62,714 nucleotides of DNA from Labilithrix sp. (lineage in GTDB: Bacteria; Myxococcota_A; Polyangia; Polyangiales; Polyangiaceae): contig JAHBWD010000010.1 of the NCBI GenBank assembly GCA_019637175.1, positions 1-62,714 of the forward strand. Reading direction: 5' to 3'. The stretch's first letter is position 1. Every line of letters starts with the position of its first letter. Made by a program: the position numbers and the translations under genes. Of the stretch, positions 47,926-58,034 are shown piece by piece. The notes beneath the pieces are model-generated. The model ran no database searches and was not told the origin of the DNA. It worked only from the letters and a program-made list of their open reading frames with translations.

Positions 47926-49602
47926 TCAAGGCTCGGCGTCGGCCTGCGACTCGGGCTCGGCCTTGGCGGCGGCTTTTTTCTCGGGCTCGGGCTTGGGATC
48001 GGGCTTCGCCGCGGGCGCCGCGGCGACCTTCGACGACTTGGCCGGCGGGTCGGACTTCGTGATCTCGCCGCGACGCTTCATCAAGAGGCCGATGAGCGCG
48101 AACAGCGCGCCGATGCGCCCGCCGAGCGACGCGCCGCCGCGCAGGCGCGCGAAGGCGAGCGCCATCTGGCGGAGCGTGTCGGTGTACGGATACCACCACA
48201 CCTCGCGGATCATCGTGTTGCGATCGACGAGGACGAAGCGTGGGCGCGTGAGGTGCTCGAGCGCGAGCGGCGATCCGGTGATGCCCCAGCCCGTCTCGCC
48301 GACGCCGCTCCACGGCGCCGAAGGGATCGCGCCGGTGAAGGAGTGGTTGTTGACGGTGACGACGCCCGCGCGGAGCTTCTGCGCGAGGGCTTCGCCGCGA
48401 CGCACGTCTTTCGTCCACACGCTCGCGGTGAGGCCGTAGCGCGAGGCGTTCGCGCGACGCACGGCTTCGTCGGCGCCTTCGACGGAGGTGATCGGAACGA
48501 CCGGGCCGAACGTCTCGTCGGCGACGAGCGCGTTGTCGTCGGCGTCGATGCGCACGACCGTGGGGCGGTAGCCGAGCTTCGCCTTCGGATCGTCGACGGC
48601 TTCGCCGCCGGTGAGGATCTCTCCCCCGCCCTGCTTCGCCGCCTCGACGTGACGCGCGACGGTGGCGCGCTGCGCGGCGGTCGTGAGAGGCCCCACGTCG
48701 TCGCCGAGGCGGAGCGCCTTGGTCTTCGCGACGATCTTGTCGGTGAGCGCCTTCGCGATCTTCGCGTCGGCGTACACGCGCTCGACCGCGCCGCAGTTCT
48801 GACCCGCGTTCATCATCGCGCCCCACACGATGCCGTTGGCCGCGCGCTCGAGATCGGCGTCGGCGAGGACGATCGCGGCGTCTTTACCGCCGAGCTCGAG
48901 GGCGCAGGGTATGAGCGCGTCGGCGCAAGCGTGCGCGACCTTGCGCCCAGACGTGGGGCTGCCGGTGAAGACGACGAGATCGACCCCGGCCTTGCAGAGC
49001 CGCGCGCCCGCCTCGCCGCCACCCTGCACGAGGCTCAAGAGCCCCTCGGGCAAGAGGCCCTCGAAGAGCGCGGCGACCGCCTTGCCGGTCCGCGGCGTGA
49101 TCTCGCTCGGCTTGAGCACGATCGCGTTGCCCGCCATGAGCGCGGGCACGAGCGTGCGGAGCGGCAGCGCGAACGGGAAGTTCCACGGCATGATGACGCC
49201 GATCGTTCCGCGCGGATCGCGGTGGATGAGGCCCGCCTTCTTCGGGTACGCGAGCGCGTCGATCTCCGCCTCGAACGGCTCGAGCTCGTCGGCGAGCGTC
49301 TCGGCCCAGTACGCGACGACGTCTGCGCTCGCGAGCACCTCGCCGAGGAGCGCCTCGACGTCGGGCTTGCCCGTCTCTTCGTGAATGACCTTCGCGAGCT
49401 CTTCGGCGCGCGTGAGGATGCGCTTCTTGATCGCCGACACGATCTTGACGCGCTTGTGCACGTCGGTCGCCGCCCAGGCGGCCTGCGCCTTCCGCGCCTT
49501 GTCGACGATCGCGTCGATCGCGTCGAGCGGCGTCGCCTCGACCGGAGACAAGGCCGCGCCCGTCGCCGGGCTCGTCGTCGCAAACGGGTTCGTGTCGCTC
49601 AT
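47926..49602 (-). CDS. aldehyde dehydrogenase family protein with C-terminal Lys/Pro/Ala-rich extension
   Basis: ATG at 49602 (MSDTNPF). VIMPWNFP, GSPTSGRKV, ELGGKDA (catalytic Glu), GQNCGAVERV (catalytic Cys). About 90-aa tail with a TM-like stretch then KPDPKPEPEKKAAAKAEPE. Confidence 0.85.
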   Translation of the reverse strand: MSDTNPFATTSPATGAALSPVEATPLDAIDAIVDKARKAQAAWAATDVHKRVKIVSAIKKRILTRAEELAKVIHEETGKPDVEALLGEVLASADVVAYWAETLADELEPFEAEIDALAYPKKAGLIHRDPRGTIGVIMPWNFPFALPLRTLVPALMAGNAIVLKPSEITPRTGKAVAALFEGLLPEGLLSLVQGGGEAGARLCKAGVDLVVFTGSPTSGRKVAHACADALIPCALELGGKDAAIVLADADLERAANGIVWGAMMNAGQNCGAVERVYADAKIAKALTDKIVAKTKALRLGDDVGPLTTAAQRATVARHVEAAKQGGGEILTGGEAVDDPKAKLGYRPTVVRIDADDNALVADETFGPVVPITSVEGADEAVRRANASRYGLTASVWTKDVRRGEALAQKLRAGVVTVNNHSFTGAIPSAPWSGVGETGWGITGSPLALEHLTRPRFVLVDRNTMIREVWWYPYTDTLRQMALAFARLRGGASLGGRIGALFALIGLLMKRRGEITKSDPPAKSSKVAAAPAAKPDPKPEPEKKAAAKAEPESQADAEP

Positions 49603-49616
49603 GAGGTCGGCGCGAA

Positions 49617-50489
49617 CTATACCGGATCCGCCGCGCCTGTCGCTGGCTCCGCGAGGAAGTCGGTCACGTGCCGGGCCACCATGGGGCTGAAGAGGATGGC
49701 GAGGTGGGCCACCGCGTCGACCTCGACGTCGCGGCCGCCGCGAAGCACGAGCTGCGACGTCTCCTTCGGGTGAACGATGTTGTCGTGGCTCGAGTAGATC
49801 GAGAGACAAGGCACCGCGACCTTGTAGCCGGCGTGGGCCTCGAGCAGCTTCGAACCTCGGCGCAGATCCGTGGCGCCGAAGCCGAGGAGCGGCCCCCTCC
49901 ACGCGATGCCCGCGTGGGGCGTCGCGATGGTCACGCAGCGCCGGACCTTCAGGCGGCCACGCTGCGCTTCCGCTCGCATCATCTCCATGGCGACGAGGCC
50001 GCCCATCGAGTGGCACACGAGGTCGACCGCGGCGCTCCCGGTCTCTTCGCACACGCTCGCGACGAAACGGTCGAGCCGCGCGGCGTTGTTCGCGAGCGAC
50101 GAGAACCACGGATAGTTGAAGCCGAAGAGCGGCCCGTGCCCGGCGCGCGTCAGCGCGCGCGCGAGCCCGAGGAAGCCCACGCGGTTCTGCATGTAACCGT
50201 GCACGAAGACGACGGGCACGCTCCCGCCCGCGCCGCCGCGGAACGCGAACCCGTCCATTCGCCGGCCGACGAAATAGAAGAGCGGCAAGAGCGGCTGGGT
50301 GACGCTGGCGAACGCGACCTCACGAAAGAGCTCGCGCAGCGAGACGCCGAGGCGACGCGCGGAAGTGTGCGGCCCCATGAGGAGAAACGAGCCCAGCGCG
50401 TACACGATCACGCCCGCGCCGACCGCGAAGACGCCGAGGCCGGTCGCCGCCGCGGCGATCTCGAAGGCGGTTGGCTCGAGGCTCTGCAC
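49617..50489 (-). CDS. alpha/beta-hydrolase (lipase/esterase-like) with N-terminal TM anchor
   Basis: VFVHGYMQN (HG oxyanion), LVCHSMGGLV (GxSxG), later D and H. The ORF extends to 50552 but would overlap the ACBP gene, so the GTG at about 50489 was preferred. Confidence 0.7.
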   Translation of the reverse strand: MQSLEPTAFEIAAAATGLGVFAVGAGVIVYALGSFLLMGPHTSARRLGVSLRELFREVAFASVTQPLLPLFYFVGRRMDGFAFRGGAGGSVPVVFVHGYMQNRVGFLGLARALTRAGHGPLFGFNYPWFSSLANNAARLDRFVASVCEETGSAAVDLVCHSMGGLVAMEMMRAEAQRGRLKVRRCVTIATPHAGIAWRGPLLGFGATDLRRGSKLLEAHAGYKVAVPCLSIYSSHDNIVHPKETSQLVLRGGRDVEVDAVAHLAILFSPMVARHVTDFLAEPATGAADPV

Positions 50490-50518
50490 GGCGCGCTTTA
50501 TAGTACGCTGCCGCGACC

Positions 50519-50776
50519 ATGTCCGATCTGGCCGCCAAGTTCGAAGACGCACAAGCTCGCGTCAAGAAGCTCTCGAAGACGCCGTCGAACGACGACCTCC
50601 TCGAGCTCTATGCACTCTACAAGCAAGCCACGGCCGGCGACGTCGCCGGATCGCGCCCCGGCATGCTCGATCTCAAGGGTCGCGCCAAGTTCGACGCGTG
50701 GACGAAGAAGAAGGGCACGAGCAAGGACGACGCGATGACGAAGTACGTCGCGTTCGTCGACGAGCTCGCCGGCTGA
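50519..50776 (+). CDS. acyl-CoA-binding protein (ACBP)
   Basis: KFEDAQARVKKLSKTPSNDDLLELYALYKQAT...GRAKFDAWTKKKGTSKDDAMTKYV, the ACBP fold signature. TATAGT-like box upstream. Confidence 0.85.
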   Translation: MSDLAAKFEDAQARVKKLSKTPSNDDLLELYALYKQATAGDVAGSRPGMLDLKGRAKFDAWTKKKGTSKDDAMTKYVAFVDELAG

Positions 50777-50787
50777 CCGCACACGGG

Positions 50788-52233
50788 TCAGTGGCCTCCG
50801 CCGCCTTTGACCTCGGTGCACAGCGAGAGGATCGTCTTCTTCGCGTCGCCGAGGACCATCATCGTGTTGGCGAGGAAGAAGAGCTCGTTGTCGACGCCTG
50901 AGAATCCGGTGTTCATGCTGCGCTTGAGGACGATGACGCTGCGCGCGAGCTCGACGTTGAAGACGGGCATGCCGTAGATCGGGCTCGACGTGTCGGTCTT
51001 CGCGCCGGGGTTGACGACGTCGTTCGCGCCGACGACGAGGACCGCGTCGGTCCGCGCGAAGTCGTCGTTGATCATGTCGAGATCGAAGAGCGCGTCGTAC
51101 GGGACGTTGGCCTCCGCGAGGAGCACGTTCATGTGGCCCGGCATGCGGCCGGCGACAGGGTGGATGGCGTACTTGACCTCGGTGCCGCGCTTCTCGAGCG
51201 CGGCGGCGAGATCGCGGACGGCGTGCTGCGCCTGCGAGACCGCCATGCCGTAGCCGGGGACGACGATCACCGACTGCGACGCGACGAGGACGGCGGCGGC
51301 GTCTTCGACCGTCGCTTCGTTGTAGCCCTTCGCCGGGCCGCCGGCGGTCGGCGCGGCGGTGCCGTCGGCCGTGCCGAACGCGCCGAAGACGATGTTCGAG
51401 AACGAGCGGTTCATCGCCTTGCTCATCATCATCGAGAGGATGAAGCCCGACGATCCGTCGAGCGCTCCCGAGATGATGAGGATGTTGCTCTTGAGCGCGA
51501 AGCCGGTCGCGCAGGCGGCGAGACCCGCGTACGAGTTGAGCAGCGAGATGACGACGGGCATGTCGGCGCCGCCGATCGGGAGCACCGCCATCACGCCGAG
51601 CGAGAGGCCCGAGCCCACCATCGCGAAGAACATCCACGCAGGCGCCGTCTCGGGGAACGCGACTTGATAGCCGAGGAGGCCGAGCGTCCCGAAGAAGAGC
51701 CCGATGTTCATCAGGTTCTGGCCCTTCCAGGTCACCGGCGCGCCGGTGATCACGCCCTGGAGCTTGCCGAACGCCATGATGCTGCCGGTGAACGTCAGCG
51801 AGCCGAGGAAGACCTCGAAGCCGAGCGCGCCCATCGTCAGCCGACTCATGCCGTGCTCGACGACGGCCGCCGCCCCCGAGAGGTCGCGGAGCTTGTGATA
51901 CTCGGTGACGCCGACGAGCGCCGTGGCGAGACCGCCGAACGCGTGCGAGAACGCGATGCGCTCCGGCATCTTCGTCATCGGGATGCGCAGCGAGATCGCC
52001 GTGCCGATGAGCGACCCGAGGAGCAGGCCGGCGATGATCCACTCGTAGCTGACGATCTCGGTCTTCATCAGGGTCGCGATGACCGCGATGAGCATGCCGA
52101 GCTCGCCGAGGAAGACGCCGCGGCGCCCCTGCTCCGGCGACGAGAGGCCGCGGAGGCAGAGGATGAAGAGGACGGACGAGACGAGATAGGCGAGGTTGAC
52201 GAGCTGAACCTGCGCGAACGCTTGCTCTCGCAT
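50788..52233 (-). CDS. pntB: NAD(P) transhydrogenase subunit beta
   Basis: Polytopic N-terminal membrane domain. C-terminal dIII NADP(H)-binding region ...VVPGYGMAVSQAQHAV...VKYAIHPVAGRMPGHMNVLLAEA. Confidence 0.9.
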   Translation of the reverse strand: MREQAFAQVQLVNLAYLVSSVLFILCLRGLSSPEQGRRGVFLGELGMLIAVIATLMKTEIVSYEWIIAGLLLGSLIGTAISLRIPMTKMPERIAFSHAFGGLATALVGVTEYHKLRDLSGAAAVVEHGMSRLTMGALGFEVFLGSLTFTGSIMAFGKLQGVITGAPVTWKGQNLMNIGLFFGTLGLLGYQVAFPETAPAWMFFAMVGSGLSLGVMAVLPIGGADMPVVISLLNSYAGLAACATGFALKSNILIISGALDGSSGFILSMMMSKAMNRSFSNIVFGAFGTADGTAAPTAGGPAKGYNEATVEDAAAVLVASQSVIVVPGYGMAVSQAQHAVRDLAAALEKRGTEVKYAIHPVAGRMPGHMNVLLAEANVPYDALFDLDMINDDFARTDAVLVVGANDVVNPGAKTDTSSPIYGMPVFNVELARSVIVLKRSMNTGFSGVDNELFFLANTMMVLGDAKKTILSLCTEVKGGGGH

Positions 52234-52235
52234 GG

Positions 52236-52541
52236 CTAGGCCTTCTCTTTGGAGGGCGCGGGCCCCTTCTTGAACATGCGGAGCATGCGGTCGGTGATCA
52301 TGAAGCCGCCGACCACGTTGATCGTCGCCGCGGTCACCGCGACGAAGCCGAGGACGCTCGAGAGCAAGTCGTGGTGCGAGCCCGCGGCGACGAGCGAGCC
52401 GACGAGCGAGATGCCGCTGATCGCGTTCGTGCCGCTCATGAGCGGCGTGTGGAGGAGCGGCGGGACGCGCGAGATGACCTGGTAGCCGACGAACGTCGCC
52501 AGAACGAAGATGTACAGGTTGAAGATGAGATCTTCACTCAC
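52236..52541 (-). CDS. pntA: NAD(P) transhydrogenase alpha subunit, membrane part (PntAB/alpha-2)
   Basis: GTG at 52541 with GGAGG 6 nt upstream. 101 aa. VSEDLIFNLYIFVLATFVGYQVISRVPPLLHTPLMSGTNAISGI. GTGA-type coupling with the upstream pntAA gene. Confidence 0.8.
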   Translation of the reverse strand: MSEDLIFNLYIFVLATFVGYQVISRVPPLLHTPLMSGTNAISGISLVGSLVAAGSHHDLLSSVLGFVAVTAATINVVGGFMITDRMLRMFKKGPAPSKEKA

Positions 52542-53677
52542 GTCGCACCTCCGGCCACCGCCTCTTTGACGCGGTCTTGGACGATCTCGCCGCCGTGGGT
52601 GATGAGGCAGCCCTTGGTGATCTCGTCTTTGTCGTCGATCTTCAGCGCGCCGTCTTTGCTCACGTGGAAGAGCAGCTTCTCCATGTTGCGCGACCACATC
52701 TGGCTCGCGTGCACCGCGAGGTTGCTGGGCAGATCCACCGCGCCGACGATGCTGACGCCGTGCTTCACCACGGTCTTGCCCGCCTCGGAGCCCTCGCAGT
52801 TGCCGCCTTGCTCGGCCGCCAGATCGACGATGACCGATCCCGGCTTCATCGCCGCGATCATCGCGTCGGTGACGAGCACCGGCGCCTTCTTGCCGGGGAT
52901 GAGCGCGGTGCAGATCACCGCGTCGGCCTTCGCCACGTGCTTGGCGATCGCGTCGGCCTGCTTCTGCTTGTAGGCCTCCGAGACCTCCTTCGCGTAGCCG
53001 CCGGCCGTCTGCGCGTCTTCGTCGGAGTCGACCTCGACGAACTTCGCCCCGAGGCTCTCGACCTGCTCCTTGACGACCTTGCGGACGTCGAACGCCTCGA
53101 CGCGCGCGCCGAGGCGCTTGCCCGTGCCGATCGCGGAGAGGCCCGCGACGCCGGCGCCGAGGACGAGGAGCGTCGCCGGCGCGATCGTGCCCGCCGCGGT
53201 GATGAGCATCGGGAAGAAGCGCGGCAAGAGACCCGCGGCGTGGACCACCGCGTGATAGCCGGCCGCCGTCGCCTGCGACGACAGCACGTCCATCATCTGG
53301 GCGACGGTCGTGCGCGGAATGAAGTCGACGGCGAAGGCCGTCACCTTCTTCGCGGCGAGCGCCTTCACCAGCTCGTGGTTCACGAGCGGCAAGAGCGGCG
53401 CGAAGAGCGTCGAGCCTTCCTTCAGACCGTTCACCTCTTCGATCGTCGGCACGCGGAGACGCATCACCGCGTCGGCCGCGGCGATCGTCTCCGCCGCGCC
53501 AGGCTCGACCTTCGCGCCCTCCTTCGTGTAGTCGGCGTCGCTCGCGAGCGCCCGCTCCCCCGCCCCGCTCTCCACCACGACTTCGATCTTCTTCTGCCCG
53601 AGCCGCTTCACCGAGTCGGGCACAATCGGAACTCGTCGTTCGTGGACAGCCGCCTCCTTCAGCACCGCTATTCGCAT
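52538..53677 (-). CDS. pntA: NAD(P) transhydrogenase alpha subunit, soluble dI part (alanine-dehydrogenase-like)
   Basis: MRIAVLKE...VLGAGVAGLSAIGTGKRLGARV (Rossmann GxGxxG)...ALIPGKKAPVLV. Confidence 0.9.
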   Translation of the reverse strand: MRIAVLKEAAVHERRVPIVPDSVKRLGQKKIEVVVESGAGERALASDADYTKEGAKVEPGAAETIAAADAVMRLRVPTIEEVNGLKEGSTLFAPLLPLVNHELVKALAAKKVTAFAVDFIPRTTVAQMMDVLSSQATAAGYHAVVHAAGLLPRFFPMLITAAGTIAPATLLVLGAGVAGLSAIGTGKRLGARVEAFDVRKVVKEQVESLGAKFVEVDSDEDAQTAGGYAKEVSEAYKQKQADAIAKHVAKADAVICTALIPGKKAPVLVTDAMIAAMKPGSVIVDLAAEQGGNCEGSEAGKTVVKHGVSIVGAVDLPSNLAVHASQMWSRNMEKLLFHVSKDGALKIDDKDEITKGCLITHGGEIVQDRVKEAVAGGAT

Positions 53678-53732
53678 CCCGACGCCGACCTTACACCAGG
53701 TGGGCGCGGCCGCGCGATGCTAGGCTCTCGGC

Positions 53733-54803
53733 ATGGAAGTGACCGCGTCGATGGGGCCGGCCTGGGAGCAGATGAAGCGCGTCCTGTTCAGGCCTTTCAA
53801 TCTCGGCACCTGGTTCTCCTTCGGCTTCATCTTCTTCCTGCAGAGCTGCCTCGAGGGCGGCGGGGGAAACAACTTCAACGTCCCGAGCGGCAACGGCGGG
53901 GGCGGGTCGAATCACGGCAGCGACGACTCGATCTCGGGGATCCTCGGGACGATCGCGCACCGGCCCTCGTCGCCCCTCGAGCTCCTCGACGACTCGATGC
54001 TGGGGATCATCGTCGCGGTCACCGTCGTGGTCGCGATCCCGATGCTCATCCTCATGTACTGGCTCGGAACGCGCGGGCAGATGATGGCGATCCGCGCCGT
54101 CGCCACGGGCCAGGCCGACATCGGCGACGCCTGGCGCAACACGCGTGAGGCGGGCGGCCGCCTCTTCAAGTTCTATCTCGCGCTCTTCGGCATCGGCTTC
54201 GTGATGTTCGTGCCGCTCGCGGGCGCCGGCGCGCTCCTGGTGATCCCCGTGATCCGCGAAGGCGGGAGGCTGACCGACGCGCTGCCGGTGCTCCTCGGTC
54301 TCGGCTTCGTCGCTCTCCTCTTCGTCGTGCCCCTCATGGTGGTGGGCGCGATGTCGCGCAACTTCGTGTCGCCGATCATGCTCAAGCACGGTCTTGGCGC
54401 GCGCGACGCGTGGAAGCGCTTCTGGGCGGTCGGCCGCGATCACGTGGGCGGCATCATCGTCTTCTTCCTCCTCCGCTTCGTCGTCGGGATCGGCGCGACG
54501 TTCGTCGGGCTCTTGGCCGGCGTGCTGACATGCTGCCTCGGCCTGCTGCCCGTCTTGCACCAGACGCTGATGGCGCCGTACTACGTGTTCGAGCGCGCGT
54601 GGACGCTCGAGGTGCTCGCGTCGATGAGCGCCGACTTCGATCTCCGCGGAGGGCCGCCGCAGGCGCCCATGCCGTATCCCGATCCGAGCGCCTATGCGGC
54701 GCCTCCGGGCGCGAACCCCTACGTCCCCAGCGACAATCCGTACGCGCCGCCCGGCGGCGGTTACGGCGGACCGCCCCCCGGCGGATTCGGTGGACCCACA
54801 TGA
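53733..54803 (+). CDS. polytopic membrane protein with Gly/Asn-rich loop and Pro/Gly/Tyr-rich C-terminal tail (hypothetical)
   Basis: Several hydrophobic helices. GGGGNNFNVPSGNGGGGSNHG loop. C-terminal PPGANPYVPSDNPYAPPGGGYGGPPPGGFGGPT. ATGA overlap with pepQ. Confidence 0.6.
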   Translation: MEVTASMGPAWEQMKRVLFRPFNLGTWFSFGFIFFLQSCLEGGGGNNFNVPSGNGGGGSNHGSDDSISGILGTIAHRPSSPLELLDDSMLGIIVAVTVVVAIPMLILMYWLGTRGQMMAIRAVATGQADIGDAWRNTREAGGRLFKFYLALFGIGFVMFVPLAGAGALLVIPVIREGGRLTDALPVLLGLGFVALLFVVPLMVVGAMSRNFVSPIMLKHGLGARDAWKRFWAVGRDHVGGIIVFFLLRFVVGIGATFVGLLAGVLTCCLGLLPVLHQTLMAPYYVFERAWTLEVLASMSADFDLRGGPPQAPMPYPDPSAYAAPPGANPYVPSDNPYAPPGGGYGGPPPGGFGGPT

Positions 54804-56125
54804 CCGACATGCAATCGCTCTACCGAGATCACGTCGCGATCGTCGAAGCGCGCTACGCCTCGGCGCTCGCCGAGGCGGGCTTCGACGCCGTCATCGTCCA
54901 CTCCGGCACGCCGAAGAAGCGGACGGAGTTCGACGATCAGTTCTTCCCCTTGCGGCCGACGCCCGAGTTTCACCTCTGGGCGCCGCTCATGGAGCCGGAT
55001 TGCTTCGTCGTCTTCGAGACGGGCAAGCAAACCGTGCTCGTGTGGCCGGAGAACACGAGCTTCTGGGAGCGGCCGGCGCCGCCCGAAGCGACGTACTTCA
55101 CGACCGCGCTCGACGTGCGCCGCGTCGAGGCGCCGGAGATCCCTTCGAAGAAGCGCGTCGCGTGGATCGGCGAAGACGTCGCGCGCGCGGGCAAGCTCGG
55201 GATCGAAGGCGATCACGTCAACCCGCCGAAGCTCGTCGCTGCGCTCGATCGCGGCCGCGTGCGGAAGACGCCGTACGAGATCCAGTGTCTCGCCGAAGCC
55301 AACCGCATCGCCGCGCTCGGTCATCGCGCGGTGCTCGCCGCGTTCGAAGGCGGCGGGAGATCCGAGCTCGAGCTCCACCTCGCGTTCCTGCAAGCGACGC
55401 GGCAAGACGATCAGGAGACGCCGTACAAGAACATCGTCGCCACCGGGCGCAACGGCGCGGTGCTCCACCACGTGAGCTACGGGCGCGACGAGACGCGCGC
55501 CGCGTCGCTCCTGCTCGACGCGGGCGCGACGTACATGGGCTACTGCTCCGACATCACCCGCACGTGGGTGAAGGCGAAGGCCGGCACGGGCGGGAGCGCC
55601 GGGGGCACGTTCGCCGGGATCGTGACGGCGTTCGAGGCGATGCAGCAGCGCCTCGTGGCGAAGGTCGCCGTCGGCATGCCCTACGAAGCGCTGCACGACG
55701 AGTCGCATCGCCAGGTGAGCGCCATCTTGAAGGAGGCGGGCCTCGCGCGCGGATCGATCGAAGAGATCGATCAGAAGGGCGTGAGCCGCGCGTTCTTCCC
55801 GCACGGGCTCGGGCACTCGCTCGGCCTCGTGACGCACGACGTCGGCTGCGCGAGCGTCAAGCCGCGGCCCGACAACCCGTTCCTCCGCAACACCGAGGTG
55901 ATCGCGGAGGGCCAGGTGTTCACGATCGAGCCGGGCCTCTACTTCATCGACGGGCTCCTCGCAGCGCTGCGCGACGAGCCCGAAGGAAAGATGGTCGACT
56001 GGAACCTCGTCGAAGCGCTCGCGCCCTTCGGCGGGATACGCATCGAAGACGACGTGCTCGTGCTCGATCGCGGGGTGCGCAACTTCACGCGCGAAGTCCT
56101 GCCCACCGGCGGCGCGGCCGTGTGA
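54800..56125 (+). CDS. pepQ: Xaa-Pro dipeptidase (M24B prolidase)
   Basis: MTDMQSLYRDHVAIVEARY... Metal ligands in ...YCSDITRT, HGLGHSLGLVTHD, IEPGLY and IRIEDDVLV blocks (pita-bread fold). Confidence 0.85.
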   Translation: MTDMQSLYRDHVAIVEARYASALAEAGFDAVIVHSGTPKKRTEFDDQFFPLRPTPEFHLWAPLMEPDCFVVFETGKQTVLVWPENTSFWERPAPPEATYFTTALDVRRVEAPEIPSKKRVAWIGEDVARAGKLGIEGDHVNPPKLVAALDRGRVRKTPYEIQCLAEANRIAALGHRAVLAAFEGGGRSELELHLAFLQATRQDDQETPYKNIVATGRNGAVLHHVSYGRDETRAASLLLDAGATYMGYCSDITRTWVKAKAGTGGSAGGTFAGIVTAFEAMQQRLVAKVAVGMPYEALHDESHRQVSAILKEAGLARGSIEEIDQKGVSRAFFPHGLGHSLGLVTHDVGCASVKPRPDNPFLRNTEVIAEGQVFTIEPGLYFIDGLLAALRDEPEGKMVDWNLVEALAPFGGIRIEDDVLVLDRGVRNFTREVLPTGGAAV

Positions 56126-56588
56126 GCGGGCGCCCGCGCGCGATGACGCCGTCGATCGCGCCGAGGACGAGACGCGCGTCGCCCGTGAGGTAGCGCGGCG
56201 CGCACTCGGCGCCGACGACGCCGGCGCGCGCGATCTCGGCGAGCGCGGAGGTCGCGTGCTGCATCTGGATCCCGGCGCGATCGGCGCGAACGTCGCGACC
56301 GCGCTTCAGGTCGACCGCGATCGCGACGCGGCGCGAAGGATCGGGCATCGAGACGTCGACGACGACGAAGTCGCCGCCGAAGGCGCGCTGGTTCACGCGG
56401 TAGATCCAGAGGTGCGTGCGCGCGGCGAGGGCGCGCGCGAACGCGAGCTCGTCGTCCTTGAACGCGAAGGCGTGGACGAGCGCGAGCCACCCGCCGTGGC
56501 GGGCGTCGAGGCGCGCGAGGAGACGTGTGACGACGTCGCGACGCGCGAGCGAAGCGCGCGAGAGACGAAGAACGAGATGGCTACGCAT
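56085..56588 (-). CDS. hypothetical protein (weak call)
   Basis: Protein-like ORF. ATG at 56588 (MRSHLVLRL...) preferred over 56708. 3' end overlaps the pepQ stop by about 40 nt, which lowers confidence. Confidence 0.35.
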   Translation of the reverse strand: MRSHLVLRLSRASLARRDVVTRLLARLDARHGGWLALVHAFAFKDDELAFARALAARTHLWIYRVNQRAFGGDFVVVDVSMPDPSRRVAIAVDLKRGRDVRADRAGIQMQHATSALAEIARAGVVGAECAPRYLTGDARLVLGAIDGVIARGRPLTRPRRRWAGLRA

Positions 56589-56921
56589 GGTCGAACCGAT
56601 CGCTGGGGTCTCGAGAAAAAAGACCGCCGGCAAGAGTGGAGCGACGAGGGTCTTTCGACCCCGGCTGGCGCATCGACGCGCTCCTCTCGGAGCGCGCCCG
56701 CTCGCCACGCGCGAGCTCGCGAGGAGGCCTCACGGCGCGCGCTTTCGCAGCTTCGTCGTCAGCGCGCCTCTCGGCGCGCTCGCTTCCAGACGAAGGGAGC
56801 TACCTTCGAACCGCTAATGTAGTCGCTGACCGGCATCCGGCGGCAGACACGGAGCTTCAGTTCGCGTAGCGCATGGCGAGCGCGAAGGTGGCCACGCCTC
56901 ACGGCGCGGTCAAGGCCGCGC

Positions 56922-57317
56922 TCACTTCTTCTCGAGATCGATCGACGCCGAGTTGATGCAGTAGCGGAGGCCGCCCTTGTCGCGCGGGCCGTCTTCGAAG
57001 ACGTGACCGAGGTGCGCGCCGCAGTCGGCGCAGTGGACCTCGGTGCGCGTCATGAAGTGAGACCGGTCGACCTCCTCCGCGATGTTCTCCGCCTTCGCCG
57101 GCTGGGTGAAGCTCGGCCAGCCGCTGCCGGAGTCGAACTTGTCGTCGGAGCGGAAGAGCTCGGCCTTGCACGCGGCGCAGCGGTACATGCCGGCGTCGTG
57201 GCAATCCCAGTACTTGCCGGTGAACGCGCGCTCCGTCCCCTTCTTGCGCATGATCTCGTACTGCTCGGGCGACAGCTCGGCCTTCCACTCCGCGTCGGAC
57301 TTCTCCACCTTCGGCAT
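56922..57317 (-). CDS. msrB: peptide methionine (R)-S-oxide reductase MsrB
   Basis: ATG at 57317. [11 protein letters not shown]...GSGWPSF...[17 protein letters not shown]...RYCINSASI. Two CxxC Zn pairs plus catalytic Cys. Confidence 0.9.
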   Translation of the reverse strand: MPKVEKSDAEWKAELSPEQYEIMRKKGTERAFTGKYWDCHDAGMYRCAACKAELFRSDDKFDSGSGWPSFTQPAKAENIAEEVDRSHFMTRTEVHCADCGAHLGHVFEDGPRDKGGLRYCINSASIDLEKK

Positions 57318-57357
57318 GGTGGAGAAGCTTAACCCGGGATATCGAGTTGCGCGATCT

Positions 57358-58023
57358 TCAGCTCGCGATGCTCTCGTCGTCGACGGCGGTCGCGCCTTCC
57401 TTCGGGACGATGCCGCTCGACCGATGCGCGCCGCAGAGGCCGATGGTCTTCGCCGCGTCGTCGAAGGCGACCGCACGGCAGCGATGGCAGACGAAGAGCT
57501 CGGCGTACGCGTAGGGCGTGTTGAGATAGTCGGCGACGAAGAGCGACTTGACGCGATCTTCCAGCGTCGTGCGCGCGCCGTCGACCGGATACCAGGCGGG
57601 GCGCCCTTCGACGTCGGTCGCCTTCTTCACGTGCCCGCGCTCCACCGCCTCGGCGGCGAAGTCGAGCGCGCCGCAATCGAGCGACGCCTCTTCGAGCTCC
57701 GCGAGCACGCGGCTCCGCGCGTGTTCCACGAGATCGACGAGCGTCTCGTCGGCGATCTCCTCGGCGCCGATGACGGCGAAGCGCTCGCCGTGCATCGTGT
57801 GCCGCGTCGCGCGCGCATAAGGGCCGGTGAGCCAGAGCGCGAGATCGAGCTTGTCCCAACCGGAGGCCGCGCCGGACATGAAGGCGAGCGCCGCTTCGCG
57901 CGCCTCGAGGCTCACGCTCTCCCGCGTCGCGTCGCCGTCGAGCCGCTCGGGGCCGCGGCCTTTGTTGTAAGCCTTCACGTATTCCAAGGGAGCGTCCTTC
58001 CGCCTCGGCGCCGTCCCTAACAC
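57358..58023 (-). CDS. hypothetical protein with C-terminal CxxC...C..H motif
   Basis: 221-aa protein-like ORF. The antisense + ORF is junk-like. C-terminal [24 protein letters not shown]. Confidence 0.5.
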   Translation of the reverse strand: MLGTAPRRKDAPLEYVKAYNKGRGPERLDGDATRESVSLEAREAALAFMSGAASGWDKLDLALWLTGPYARATRHTMHGERFAVIGAEEIADETLVDLVEHARSRVLAELEEASLDCGALDFAAEAVERGHVKKATDVEGRPAWYPVDGARTTLEDRVKSLFVADYLNTPYAYAELFVCHRCRAVAFDDAAKTIGLCGAHRSSGIVPKEGATAVDDESIAS

Positions 58024-58034
58024 AGTGAGGCTTC

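Noticed and set aside
56895-56921. GCGCGG-tcaagg-CCGCGC hairpin just downstream of msrB as an intrinsic terminator
   Set aside because: Short 6-bp stem and no U-run on the transcribed strand. Too weak to call confidently, although its position right after the stop is suggestive.
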